The notes under the pieces were generated by a model, which was not told the origin of the DNA, did no database searches, and worked only from the letters and a program-made list of their open reading frames with translations. 64,000 bases of DNA from Bacteroidaceae bacterium (GTDB taxonomy: Bacteria > Bacteroidota > Bacteroidia > Bacteroidales > Bacteroidaceae). The stretch spans positions 14,287 to 78,286 of the forward strand of contig JAFUSD010000002.1 of NCBI GenBank assembly GCA_017480685.1, read 5' to 3'. The translations under genes and the position numbers were made by a program. Shown here in pieces: positions 19,495 to 27,812 of the stretch. How positions within the stretch are numbered: the stretch's first letter is position 1; every line of letters begins with the position of its first letter.

Positions 19495-19502
19495 CAAATA
19501 TA
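19495..19502 (-). promoter_or_regulatory. -7 promoter box TATATTTG upstream of secDF
   Basis: The minus strand reads aacacTATATTTGcagctc about 105 nt upstream of the secDF ATG. Confidence 0.45.
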
Positions 19503-19517
19503 GTGTTTTTTTTGGAT

Positions 19518-20627
19518 TCATCGTATCTCTAACGTGCAAAAAATGGGATAATGGTCGCTTTCTTGCACGGTTTTGTCTACTTTTGCTCCGTAGGAGGTGA
19601 AACTTTCGCTTGCGAGAATGTGGTCGATTCGGAAGTACATTGCGTTGCGGTTGTACGACCATCCGGGCCCGTTGCCCGACTGTGTGTAGGCGTCGTTGAG
19701 TTGTTGGGTGAGGCGTTGGTGTACGTAGGATACGGGTGAATCGTTGAAGTCGCCACACACGATGATGTGGCGGTGGGTGTTGAGCAGGCTGTCGATTCTT
19801 GTTGCTATGATGTCGGCCTGGCGTGCGCGCAGGCTGTTGGCTTTTGCCAGTTTGCCTTCGAGCCACCAGAAACTTTGCTTCATGTCGATGACGGCTTCAT
19901 CGGTGGCGGCTGAGGTGTTGTCGCCTATCATGGCCGAGTTTTTTATCATTTGCTTGTACATGTGTTTGTCGTCGTCGTCGAGCTGGTAGGATTCGAGGTG
20001 GAGGTTGATGACCACTATCGTGTCGCCGTCAGCATCGATGGTGTATTCGCATCCTGATGCCGACTTGGTGTTGAGTTGTATGGTGTCGGCCGTGAGGATG
20101 GGGTGGCGCGAGAGTATTGCGTTTTTGGTTTCGCTCTCGTTGTCGACCATGATGTAGGGGTATGCCTGGTCGAGGCGTGCGCGTATGGCATCGCGTTTTA
20201 TCTTGTTGACTTCTTGCAGGCATACTATGTCGGCCTCGGCGGCTGTGATGTATTCAATGACTGAGCTGTCGCCTTCGTCGAGTGCTTTGCCTCCGAATGA
20301 GTATACGTTGTATGACAGTATCTTGAGGGTCTTTCCTGTGGGTGTGCCTTGCATGGGGTTGATGGGGCAGTAGTTGCGTATGCTGTTCCAGCACAGGGCT
20401 ATGCCTGCTATGCTTATGAGTGTGTATTTCCACTTCACTATGAGCCATAGTGGAATGAATGCCAGTGTGAGCACTATGCATGCGGGCAGCACCATGCCCA
20501 GGTATGACCAGTTGGGAAATTGTTCGGGGCTGAGGTATATTGAGTATGAGCATACGCCCATTGCTGCCACACAGATGATGTTGATGATGGCGAGGGTGTA
20601 GCGTATGATGTTGCGCAGTATTTTCAT
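19518..20627 (-). CDS. Endonuclease/exonuclease/phosphatase (EEP) family membrane protein
   Basis: 369-aa ORF. Three N-terminal TM segments, then an EEP core (LKILSYNV, CLQEV, GDFND, SDHYP). Confidence 0.8.
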   Translation of the reverse strand: MKILRNIIRYTLAIINIICVAAMGVCSYSIYLSPEQFPNWSYLGMVLPACIVLTLAFIPLWLIVKWKYTLISIAGIALCWNSIRNYCPINPMQGTPTGKTLKILSYNVYSFGGKALDEGDSSVIEYITAAEADIVCLQEVNKIKRDAIRARLDQAYPYIMVDNESETKNAILSRHPILTADTIQLNTKSASGCEYTIDADGDTIVVINLHLESYQLDDDDKHMYKQMIKNSAMIGDNTSAATDEAVIDMKQSFWWLEGKLAKANSLRARQADIIATRIDSLLNTHRHIIVCGDFNDSPVSYVHQRLTQQLNDAYTQSGNGPGWSYNRNAMYFRIDHILASESFTSYGAKVDKTVQESDHYPIFCTLEIR

Positions 20628-21436
20628 TTCTTGCTTGCGTTGAAGAGCTGTTGTTTTTCACTCTCGGTCAGGCTTCCGTAGCCGTCGCGGCGTATTTTGT
20701 CGAGTATTCGGTCTATTTCTTCGCTCTCGGCTTTGCGCTGTGCGTTGTATTCCCAGTCGGTCTGCCGTTCGCTTTTGTTGTAGTGTGCTTCCATGTTGGG
20801 GTGTGTGGCTGTGGTGTGCCATCCGCCGCCGGTTTTGCTGCCGAAGTGTTGTCGTTGCGTCTGTGCCGTCTTTTTCCAGAACATGATCATGATGAATCCG
20901 GCGAGCATGCCTGCCAGGTGTGCTGTGTGGGCTGTGAGGTCGTTGACGAAGAGTGCCGAGCCGAGTTCTATGAATACGTATCCGATGATTAGCCATTTGG
21001 CCTTGATGGGTATGGGTATCGGAATGATGAATATGCGCTCGTTGGGGTATAGCATTCCGAATGCGAGCAGTATGCCGTAGATGGCTCCGCTGGCTCCCAC
21101 GCAGATGCTGTAGGGGTTGATTAGTCCGAACAGCTGGCCGGCCTCCCATGCTATGGCGCCTGCCAGGCCGCACACGAAGTAGTAGATGAGGAACCGCTTG
21201 GTGCCGAGTGTCGGTTCGACGGTGCGGCCGAACATCCACAGGGCGAACATGTTGAGCACTATGTGCCACATGTCGCGATAGCTGTGCACAAACATGTATG
21301 TTATGGGTTGCCATGGCAGGAAGCCTTTGGCAAGTACATAGTGCAGGCCGAAGAGGTCTGACACGTTTATCACGAATCCTATTACGTAGACTGCTACGTT
21401 GGCTATGAGCAGCCATTTCACGGCTTTCGACATCAT
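20624..21436 (-). CDS. Rhomboid-family intramembrane serine protease
   Basis: 270-aa ORF with the catalytic GASGAIYG motif and the downstream HLAG histidine. Its stop overlaps the EEP start (ATGA). Confidence 0.85.
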   Translation of the reverse strand: MMSKAVKWLLIANVAVYVIGFVINVSDLFGLHYVLAKGFLPWQPITYMFVHSYRDMWHIVLNMFALWMFGRTVEPTLGTKRFLIYYFVCGLAGAIAWEAGQLFGLINPYSICVGASGAIYGILLAFGMLYPNERIFIIPIPIPIKAKWLIIGYVFIELGSALFVNDLTAHTAHLAGMLAGFIMIMFWKKTAQTQRQHFGSKTGGGWHTTATHPNMEAHYNKSERQTDWEYNAQRKAESEEIDRILDKIRRDGYGSLTESEKQQLFNASKK

Positions 21437-21506
21437 TGTTTCGTTTACTTGTTTTTCGCTTTACGCGATGATGGATTATTATCGTTCAATTCTTATTTTG
21501 CGGCTG

Positions 21507-21514
21507 CAAAGTTA
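21507..21514 (-). promoter_or_regulatory. -7 promoter box TAACTTTG upstream of the rhomboid/EEP operon
   Basis: The minus strand reads aacacTAACTTTGcagccg about 70 nt upstream of the ATG at 21436. Confidence 0.45.
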
Positions 21515-21663
21515 GTGTTTTTTTATGAAACAAAGGGTAGGAACTGCCAATTTTTAAGTACTTTTAATGTTTCGAGACACATAATATATATATAATGCGC
21601 GCCTTGGGCGGCATGTTCCCATGTCGGTGCTTGCTTGCAGGTGTCTGTAAGGGTGGCGTGAAA

Positions 21664-21743
21664 TGAGGATATCCTCACAGGCCCGCAAGGATATCCTCAC
21701 AGGCCTGCAAGGATATCGTCAACGCGTGTCGAGGATATCGTCG
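21664..21743 (-). repeat. 22-bp tandem array, GAGGATATCCTC-core family, ~3.5 units, reverse orientation
   Basis: Reverse complement reads gacgatatcctcgacacgcgtt / gacgatatccttgcaggcctgt / gaggatatccttgcgggcctgt / gaggatatcctca. Lies in the divergent rhomboid / rpsO intergenic region. Confidence 0.9.
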
Positions 21744-21890
21744 TTTTCCGTGCGGTGCGTCGGTGTCGTATGGCCGGGGCTTTGTGTTTTTTTGTGTCGT
21801 CAGAGGTCAAAAACATGATAAAACACGTGAAAAAGCTGGTTTTAGGGCAAAAAAACTCATATTTTTCGCTTCCGGTTGTGAAATTATTCG

Positions 21891-21898
21891 TACCTTTG
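21891..21898 (+). promoter_or_regulatory. -7 promoter box TACCTTTG upstream of rpsO
   Basis: attcgTACCTTTGcagcc, 77 nt upstream of the rpsO ATG. Confidence 0.55.
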
Positions 21899-21974
21899 CA
21901 GCCGCTTTCCGCCCAAGAGAGGGTGGCGAGTATGTAAGAATTCACAGATTTATTAACCAAACAACCCAAACTCT

Positions 21975-22244
21975 ATGTACTTAGATTCAGCTAAGAAGCA
22001 AGAAATCTTTGGTAAGTACGGAAAGTCTAACACTGATACCGGTTCATGCGAGAGCCAGATAGCATTGTTTTCCTACCGTATCGACCGTTTGACCGAGCAC
22101 GTAAAGGCCAATCACAAAGATTATAGTACTAACAGAGCACTTGTAAGACTTGTAGGTCAGCGTCGCAGTTTGCTGAGCTATCTTAAGCGCAAGGACATTG
22201 AGCGCTACCGCGCCATTGTTAAGGCTCTGGGTCTGCGTAAGTAA
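21975..22244 (+). CDS. rpsO: 30S ribosomal protein S15
   Basis: 89-aa ORF MYLDSAKKQEIFGKYGKSNTDTGS...HLKANHKDYSTNRALVRLVGQRRSLLSYL, canonical for S15. Confidence 0.97.
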   Translation: MYLDSAKKQEIFGKYGKSNTDTGSCESQIALFSYRIDRLTEHVKANHKDYSTNRALVRLVGQRRSLLSYLKRKDIERYRAIVKALGLRK

Positions 22245-22266
22245 TTACGACGACATTAAACAACTC

Positions 22267-22312
22267 ACGCGCACTGATGCATGGCAACCTTGCATCGTGC
22301 GCGTTGTTTTTT
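22267..22312 (+). terminator. Intrinsic terminator of rpsO
   Basis: acgcgcactgatgca-(9 nt)-tgcatcgtgcgcgt followed by tgtttttt. Confidence 0.8.
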
Positions 22313-22366
22313 GTGGCAGACGGTGTGCTCCGTCAGCTTGCAGTCGCAGCCCTGCGGAGCTGTGGG

Positions 22367-22522
22367 CTACCAGAACCGGCGGTGCTCGCTGCTATATTCA
22401 AAACCAGCCGCCTGGAGGGTGGCAACAAGGCTGTCGCGGTCTATGTCGAGTGCGGCACACAGTTCGTCGAGCGATGTGTACTGGTCTCTCAGCTTCATGT
22501 TGACAAAGCTGAGGAGCATCAT
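22367..22522 (-). CDS. DUF4250-family small protein (51 aa), missing from the ORF track because it is under 60 aa
   Basis: My own minus-strand translation is MMLLSFVNMKLRDQYTSLDELCAALDIDRDSLVATLQAAGFEYSSEHRRFW*. It starts 5 nt after the xerD stop. The sequence pattern matches the small DUF4250 proteins common in Bacteroidota. Confidence 0.7.
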   Translation of the reverse strand: MMLLSFVNMKLRDQYTSLDELCAALDIDRDSLVATLQAAGFEYSSEHRRFW

Positions 22523-22526
22523 GGGG

Positions 22527-23447
22527 TCAGATGGAATGTTGGGCATAACGTGGATGATGTGTCAGTATTTCCTCACGCAGGTGAGTTGTGTCAATGTGCA
22601 TGTATATCTCTGTGGTTGAAATAGACTCGTGTCCGAGCATTGCCTGTATGGCCCTGATGTTGGCTCCCCCTTCAAGCAGGCTGGTGGCAAACGAGTGTCT
22701 GAAGGTGTGTGGGCTCACCGTCTTGTGTATGCCGGCCAGGGCCACGAGTTCTTTCACCATGTGGAACACCATGATTCTCGACAACCCCTGCTTTCGCAGT
22801 TTGCTCACAAACACAAAGTCTTCATTGCCTGGCTTCAGGTCTATGTGGCAACGCTCTGTGAAGTACAGCTGCAACTCATGTACCGCTTTCTGCGAAATGG
22901 GCACCAGCCGCTGTTTCGCCCCCTTGCCTGTGACGCGTATGAAACCCTCGTCGAGATAGAGGTCTGACATCCGCAACTGGCACAACTCGCTCACCCGCAG
23001 ACCGCAGCTGAACAAAGTCTCGATGATCGCCTTGTTGCGCTGACCCTCGGCGGCCGAGAGGTCTATGGCTGCCTCGATGCAGTCCACCTCGTCTACAGTC
23101 AACACGTCGGGCAGGTGTTGCGGCTTACGCGGAAAGTCGAGCAGTTCCATGGGGTCGTCGTCGAGCTCGCCGGTCATCACCAGAAACTTGTAGAAGCTGT
23201 GGACACCCATGAGTATGCGATAGAGCGACGTGGGGTGGATGCCCACACTGGTCATGGCCGACGCAAAGCCCTGGAAATCCTCAAGCCTGGCACTCAGGGG
23301 GTCGGTGTTCGTGTCGCGGATGAAACTGAGGAACTTGTCGAGGTCGCGGCCGTAAGCATCGACCGTGTTTGCCGAGTATGACTTCTCCAGCTTCAAGTAT
23401 TGATAATATCTGCGAAGCAATGCTGCAGAACGATTCGTTTCATTCAT
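22527..23447 (-). CDS. xerD: Tyrosine site-specific recombinase XerD
   Basis: I chose the start at the internal ATG 23447 (MNETNRSAALLRRYYQYLKLEKSYSANTVDAYGRDL). The C-terminal catalytic region reads HTFRHSFATSLLEGGANIRAIQAMLGHESISTTEIY. Confidence 0.85.
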   Translation of the reverse strand: MNETNRSAALLRRYYQYLKLEKSYSANTVDAYGRDLDKFLSFIRDTNTDPLSARLEDFQGFASAMTSVGIHPTSLYRILMGVHSFYKFLVMTGELDDDPMELLDFPRKPQHLPDVLTVDEVDCIEAAIDLSAAEGQRNKAIIETLFSCGLRVSELCQLRMSDLYLDEGFIRVTGKGAKQRLVPISQKAVHELQLYFTERCHIDLKPGNEDFVFVSKLRKQGLSRIMVFHMVKELVALAGIHKTVSPHTFRHSFATSLLEGGANIRAIQAMLGHESISTTEIYMHIDTTHLREEILTHHPRYAQHSI

Positions 23448-23623
23448 ATTTACAGTTATCGTGTGTACTGACGTCGCACAACTACCTGCAAAGTTACGAA
23501 ACTTTAGCAAAAGACGACTCCATTCTTTAACTTTTCAGTCGTCATGGCGTCATTTTTTTTCTCAGCAGGCCCCACTTTTCATCATAATCGGGCAAAAGAC
23601 TTGGCTGTGTCGGGAAAAAGTCG

Positions 23624-23631
23624 TACCTTTG
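23624..23631 (+). promoter_or_regulatory. -7 promoter box TACCTTTG upstream of the SulP permease
   Basis: aagtcgTACCTTTGcagcc, 43 nt upstream of the ATG at 23674. Confidence 0.55.
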
Positions 23632-23645
23632 CAGCCGATTAGTTT

Positions 23646-23679
23646 TTAGGATATAAATGAATTTAGGATATAAATGAAA
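23646..23679 (+). repeat. 17-bp tandem duplication spanning the SulP start codon, creating a 6-codon uORF
   Basis: ttaggatataaatgaat / ttaggatataaatgaaa. The first ATG (23657) reads MNLGYK*, and its TGA overlaps the main ATG (23674) as ATGA. Confidence 0.85.
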
Positions 23680-25383
23680 AAGAAAACGAACATGACAAAG
23701 GTATATCAACCCAAGTTCTTCCACGTCTTTCAGAAAGGCTATTACAATAAACAGAAGTTCACCTCCGACCTCATAGCCGGAATCATCGTAGGCATCATTG
23801 CACTGCCGCTTGCCATTGCGTTTGGAATAGCAAGCGGAGTAAGTCCCCAGCAAGGCCTCATCACAGCCATCATAGCAGGCTTCATAGTGTCGGTCTTCGG
23901 CGGCAGCCGCTTCCTCATAGGCGGACCCACAGGCGCCTTCATAGTAATAGTAGCCGGCATCGTAGCACAATACGGCCTGCAAGGACTCACCATTGCCACC
24001 ATCATGGCAGGCGTGTTTCTCATAATCATGGGCCTGTGCCGCATGGGTGCAATCTTCAAGTTCATACCTTATCCCATCGTCGTGGGCTTCACATCGGGCA
24101 TCGCCGTCACCATATTCTCAACCCAGGTGAAAGACTTCCTGGGCATCACGGCCGCCATCCCGTCGGGATTCCTGCCACAGTGGGGAGCATACTTCGCACA
24201 CATCTCCGACATCAACCCAGCCGAGACACTGATGAGCCTTGGCTGCCTGCTGGTCATCATCGTGTGGGGACGCTTCGTAAAAAAGATTCCCGGCTCGCTC
24301 ATCGCCCTCATCCTGGGTACAGCCGCCTCGGTGTTGCTGGCCAGGTTTGGCAACATACAGCTGGCAACAATCGGCACTAAATTCCCTGAACTGGCACAAG
24401 GACTCCCCATGCCATCGCCCGTGGCACCAACCATGGACTATGACACCATCAAGAGCCTTGTATCGCCGGCATTCACCATAGCAGTGCTCTGCGCAATAGA
24501 GTCGCTGCTGGCAGCCATGGTAGCCGACGGTGTGACCGGAAAACACCACGACTCAAACACCGAACTCATAGGACAGGGCCTGGCCAACGTGGTAACACCG
24601 CTCTTTGGCGGCATACCCGCCACCGGAGCCATTGCACGCACCATGGCTAACATCAACAACGGCGGAAAATCGCCCGTGGCAGGAGTGATACACGCCGTCG
24701 TACTACTGCTCATCTACCTGTTCCTAATGCCCTATGCAGTTTACATCCCACTCTCATGCCTGGCTGCCATACTCATCATGGTGGCATACAACATGAGCGA
24801 ATGGCGCACATTCCGCTACCTGCTGCGCGGCGACAAGAGCGATGTGGCAGTCCTCCTGCTCACCTTCTTCCTCACCGTGGTGGTAGACCTCACCGTCGCA
24901 ATCGAAGTGGGAATGGTGCTGGCCGTAGCACTGTTCGTACGCCGAGTGATGGAAACATCCGACATAACCGTGATTGAAGAAGACACACTGTTGGCCACAG
25001 AAAACGACGAAGTGACCCATCCCGACGACATCGAACACCTCGACATCCCGCGCGGAGTGGAAGTGTACGAGGTGAACGGACCGTTCTTCTTCGGCCTGGC
25101 CAGCAAGTTCGAAGAGTTCAACCGCATGAGCGATGAAAATGTGAAGGTGAGAATCATACGCATGAGAAAAGTGCCGTTCATAGACTCCACCGGAGTGAAC
25201 AACCTCCGCAACCTGTGCGAACGTACACGCCGCCGCGGTGTACAAGTCGTGTTGTCGGGTGTAAACGACAAGGTCAGACACACACTCGAAAAGTATAGAA
25301 TAGACCAACAACTCGGCGCCGATAACATACAACCACACATATCGTTGGCACTGAAGCAGGCACGCAAGCATCTGCACGAATGA
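23674..25383 (+). CDS. SulP-family anion (sulfate/bicarbonate) permease with a C-terminal STAS domain
   Basis: 569-aa ORF. Polytopic SulP core (IAGIIVGIIALPLAIAFGIASG) and a STAS tail (VRIIRMRKVPFIDSTGVNNLRNL). Confidence 0.9.
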   Translation: MKKKTNMTKVYQPKFFHVFQKGYYNKQKFTSDLIAGIIVGIIALPLAIAFGIASGVSPQQGLITAIIAGFIVSVFGGSRFLIGGPTGAFIVIVAGIVAQYGLQGLTIATIMAGVFLIIMGLCRMGAIFKFIPYPIVVGFTSGIAVTIFSTQVKDFLGITAAIPSGFLPQWGAYFAHISDINPAETLMSLGCLLVIIVWGRFVKKIPGSLIALILGTAASVLLARFGNIQLATIGTKFPELAQGLPMPSPVAPTMDYDTIKSLVSPAFTIAVLCAIESLLAAMVADGVTGKHHDSNTELIGQGLANVVTPLFGGIPATGAIARTMANINNGGKSPVAGVIHAVVLLLIYLFLMPYAVYIPLSCLAAILIMVAYNMSEWRTFRYLLRGDKSDVAVLLLTFFLTVVVDLTVAIEVGMVLAVALFVRRVMETSDITVIEEDTLLATENDEVTHPDDIEHLDIPRGVEVYEVNGPFFFGLASKFEEFNRMSDENVKVRIIRMRKVPFIDSTGVNNLRNLCERTRRRGVQVVLSGVNDKVRHTLEKYRIDQQLGADNIQPHISLALKQARKHLHE

Positions 25384-25505
25384 AACATGCACGGTTGTAA
25401 ACTCCAGTTTGCACACCTCGTTGCATTTGCATACCGCCAGGCAGTACAACTGTGAAATAATCCTAAAAAACACAGCCAACGCTTGGTCATGTGAAAAACT
25501 ATTAT

Positions 25506-25513
25506 TAACTTTG
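25506..25513 (+). promoter_or_regulatory. -7 promoter box TAACTTTG upstream of ndk
   Basis: attatTAACTTTGcgcc, about 73 nt upstream of the ATG at 25586. Confidence 0.5.
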
Positions 25514-25585
25514 CGCCGAATAGCGGTATGCCACATGAGAAAATGAGTGCATCCGCACCAGTCAAACCAAACTACCGACGACAAG

Positions 25586-26047
25586 ATGGAAAAAACCTTG
25601 GTAATACTGAAGCCCAGTGCCGTACAGCGCGCCATAGTAGGCGAGGTGACAGCACGATTCGAACGGAAAGGCTTGCGCCTGTGTGGCATGAAAATGATGC
25701 AGCTGACCGACGAACTGCTCAACAAACACTATGCCCACCTCGCATCGAAACCCTTCTTCCAGCGCATCAAAGACTCAATGATGGCAGCACCCGTGATATG
25801 TTGCTGCTACGAAGGAGTCGATGCCGTAGAGACCGTCCGAACCATGACCGGCAGTACCAACGGACGCAAAGCAGCACCCGGAACCATACGTGGCGATTAT
25901 GGCATGAGTTTCCAGGAAAACATCATACACACATCAGACTCGCCGGAGAATGCAGTGGCCGAACTGGCTCGCTTCTTCAAAGCTGACGAGATATTCGACT
26001 ACAAGCAGTCTACATTCCAATATCTATACGCAAACGACGAGTATTAA
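25586..26047 (+). CDS. ndk: Nucleoside diphosphate kinase
   Basis: I chose the start at MEKTLVILKPSAVQR (13 codons inside the ORF-track start). The active-site region reads NIIHTSDS. Confidence 0.95.
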   Translation: MEKTLVILKPSAVQRAIVGEVTARFERKGLRLCGMKMMQLTDELLNKHYAHLASKPFFQRIKDSMMAAPVICCCYEGVDAVETVRTMTGSTNGRKAAPGTIRGDYGMSFQENIIHTSDSPENAVAELARFFKADEIFDYKQSTFQYLYANDEY

Positions 26048-26069
26048 CCGATAGCAATAAACAGAAATT

Positions 26070-27056
26070 ATGCCTACAATCAAACATACCATTGCAATCA
26101 TAGCCCTTTCAGCATTTGCTGCAAGTGCATCGGCCCAAGACCTGCTGGCCAACCATGCACCGTCAGACCGCAAACTGACCGACCTGAAAGCAGTAAAGAT
26201 AAATACAGCCAACTCAACCATCGACCTAAGCAACCCGGCAGGCGACATATATTCCACCTGGGACAACAAGTCGGCACTCATAGCTCCAGGCACACTGCCC
26301 GCAAACTTCAAGGTAGACCTGCGCGGATTCGCGATGCCCACACCAAGCCGCAAAATAACCTCGCAATACGGACCACGATGGGGCAAACAACACAAGGGAA
26401 TCGATGTAAAAGTATACATAGGCGACACTATCTATGCCGCGTTCGACGGCAAAGTGCGCATAGCAAAATACAACGCAGGTGGATGGGGATACTACATAGT
26501 GCTGCGCCATCCCAACGGCCTTGAAACCCTCTATGGACACCTCAGCCGCCAACTGGTGAAGGAAGACCAGATAGTACGTGCCGGACAGCCAATAGGTCTT
26601 GGCGGAGCTACCGGACACGTCACAGGTTCACACCTACACTTCGAGACCCGACTGCTCGGTCAGGCAATCAACCCTGCACTCATGTTCGACTTCGAGGCAC
26701 AAGACGTGACGGGCGACTTCTATGTAGTGAAGAGCGGAACCATACAGAACTCGAAACAGACAGCAGTGGCACAAACAAACAAAACCACAGCTACAACAAC
26801 AACTACTACTACTACACCAGCCCCGGCAGCAACCAAGACCACACAACAGCTGACGGAAAGCAGAGGGGGAGAAACAAGCCAAAACCAACAAGAACCCGAA
26901 GCCACACGACAGGAAACGACATACATAGTGAAAGATGGTGACAACCTCTTCCGCATAGCACAAAACCACGGACTCACCCTCGACCAGCTGTGCCGCCTCA
27001 ACGGCTTGAATCGCAACAGCGTCATTGTGCGCGGACAAGTGCTGAAATGCTCTTGA
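26070..27056 (+). CDS. M23-family peptidoglycan metalloendopeptidase with a C-terminal LysM domain
   Basis: 328-aa ORF with a signal peptide. M23 motifs HKGIDV and GHVTGSHLHFE. A Thr-rich linker precedes the LysM (YIVKDGDNLFRIAQNHGLTLDQLCRLNGL). Confidence 0.85.
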   Translation: MPTIKHTIAIIALSAFAASASAQDLLANHAPSDRKLTDLKAVKINTANSTIDLSNPAGDIYSTWDNKSALIAPGTLPANFKVDLRGFAMPTPSRKITSQYGPRWGKQHKGIDVKVYIGDTIYAAFDGKVRIAKYNAGGWGYYIVLRHPNGLETLYGHLSRQLVKEDQIVRAGQPIGLGGATGHVTGSHLHFETRLLGQAINPALMFDFEAQDVTGDFYVVKSGTIQNSKQTAVAQTNKTTATTTTTTTTPAPAATKTTQQLTESRGGETSQNQQEPEATRQETTYIVKDGDNLFRIAQNHGLTLDQLCRLNGLNRNSVIVRGQVLKCS

Positions 27057-27157
27057 CGATGACAGGCATGGATAGCAAACACACAGAATAACACATAAAA
27101 TAACGTTCAGACCCATCGGTTTGAACGTTATTATTTTGTTCACAAAATAAAAAACAC

Positions 27158-27165
27158 TACCTTTG
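27158..27165 (+). promoter_or_regulatory. -7 promoter box TACCTTTG upstream of the DUF1599 gene
   Basis: aacacTACCTTTGcacac, immediately followed by the 20-bp repeat array. Confidence 0.55.
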
Positions 27166-27245
27166 CACACTGAAAGCAGTACAATCACACTGAAAGCAAT
27201 ACAATCACACTGAAAGCAGTACAATCACACTGAAAGCAATAAATA
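27166..27245 (+). repeat. 20-bp tandem repeat x4 occupying the predicted 5' UTR of the DUF1599 gene
   Basis: cacactgaaagca(g/a)tacaat x4, with alternating g/a variants (units 1 and 3 are identical; 2 and 4 match until the last unit degenerates). Confidence 0.95.
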
Positions 27246-27253
27246 AAGAAACG

Positions 27254-27796
27254 ATGGCAGATACATCCGAACAGTTTAAGCAGGAAATGGCAAAATGCCG
27301 TAAAGTGTTCTCACAGAAACTATACGACTACGGAGCCTCATGGCGGATACTGCGTCCGGCATCGGTGACCGACCAGATACTAATCAAGGCCAAACGCATC
27401 AGAAGCCTTGAAGTGAAAGGCGTGTCACTTGTAGGCGAAGGAATATATCCTGAGTTTCAAGCAATCGTCAACTATGGTATTATAGGACTCATACAACTGA
27501 CACACCACTATGCTGACACCGTAGACATGACAGCCGATGAAGCAATGGCGCTCTATGACCAATATGCACAGAGTGCACTTGACCTCATGATAAAGAAAAA
27601 CCACGACTATGATGAAGCATGGCGCTCAATGCGCATCAGCTCATACACCGACCTGATACTGCAAAAAATTAATCGTACGAAGGAAATTGAAGGACACGAC
27701 GGCAAAACACTCGTATCAGAAGGCATAGATGCCAACTATCTGGACATGATCAACTACTCAGTGTTTGGACTCATCAAACTTGATGAATGCGAATGA
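27254..27796 (+). CDS. DUF1599 domain protein
   Basis: 180-aa ORF. ASWRILRPASVTDQILIKAKRIRSLE and KNHDYDEAWRSMR blocks are typical of DUF1599. Conserved position upstream of the DoxX-like gene and tpiA in Bacteroidota. Confidence 0.8.
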   Translation: MADTSEQFKQEMAKCRKVFSQKLYDYGASWRILRPASVTDQILIKAKRIRSLEVKGVSLVGEGIYPEFQAIVNYGIIGLIQLTHHYADTVDMTADEAMALYDQYAQSALDLMIKKNHDYDEAWRSMRISSYTDLILQKINRTKEIEGHDGKTLVSEGIDANYLDMINYSVFGLIKLDECE

Positions 27797-27812
27797 CGAT
27801 AAAACCACAGAC

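Noticed and set aside
22527-23447. XerD-type tyrosine recombinase as the integrase of a mobile element, or of the 39660-43101 islet
   Set aside because: It sits in a core context (rpsO, DUF4250) with normal composition and has no flanking repeats. It is 16 kb from the islet and has the typical housekeeping XerD N-terminus. It most likely functions in chromosome dimer resolution. A trans role in islet mobility cannot be excluded, but nothing here supports it.
27765-27812. ORF-track start (TTG at 27765) for the DoxX-like gene, overlapping the DUF1599 gene by 32 nt
   Set aside because: It is a non-ATG start inside the upstream gene. The ATG at 27813 immediately precedes the first TM helix and leaves a 16-nt gap, which is a more conventional arrangement.
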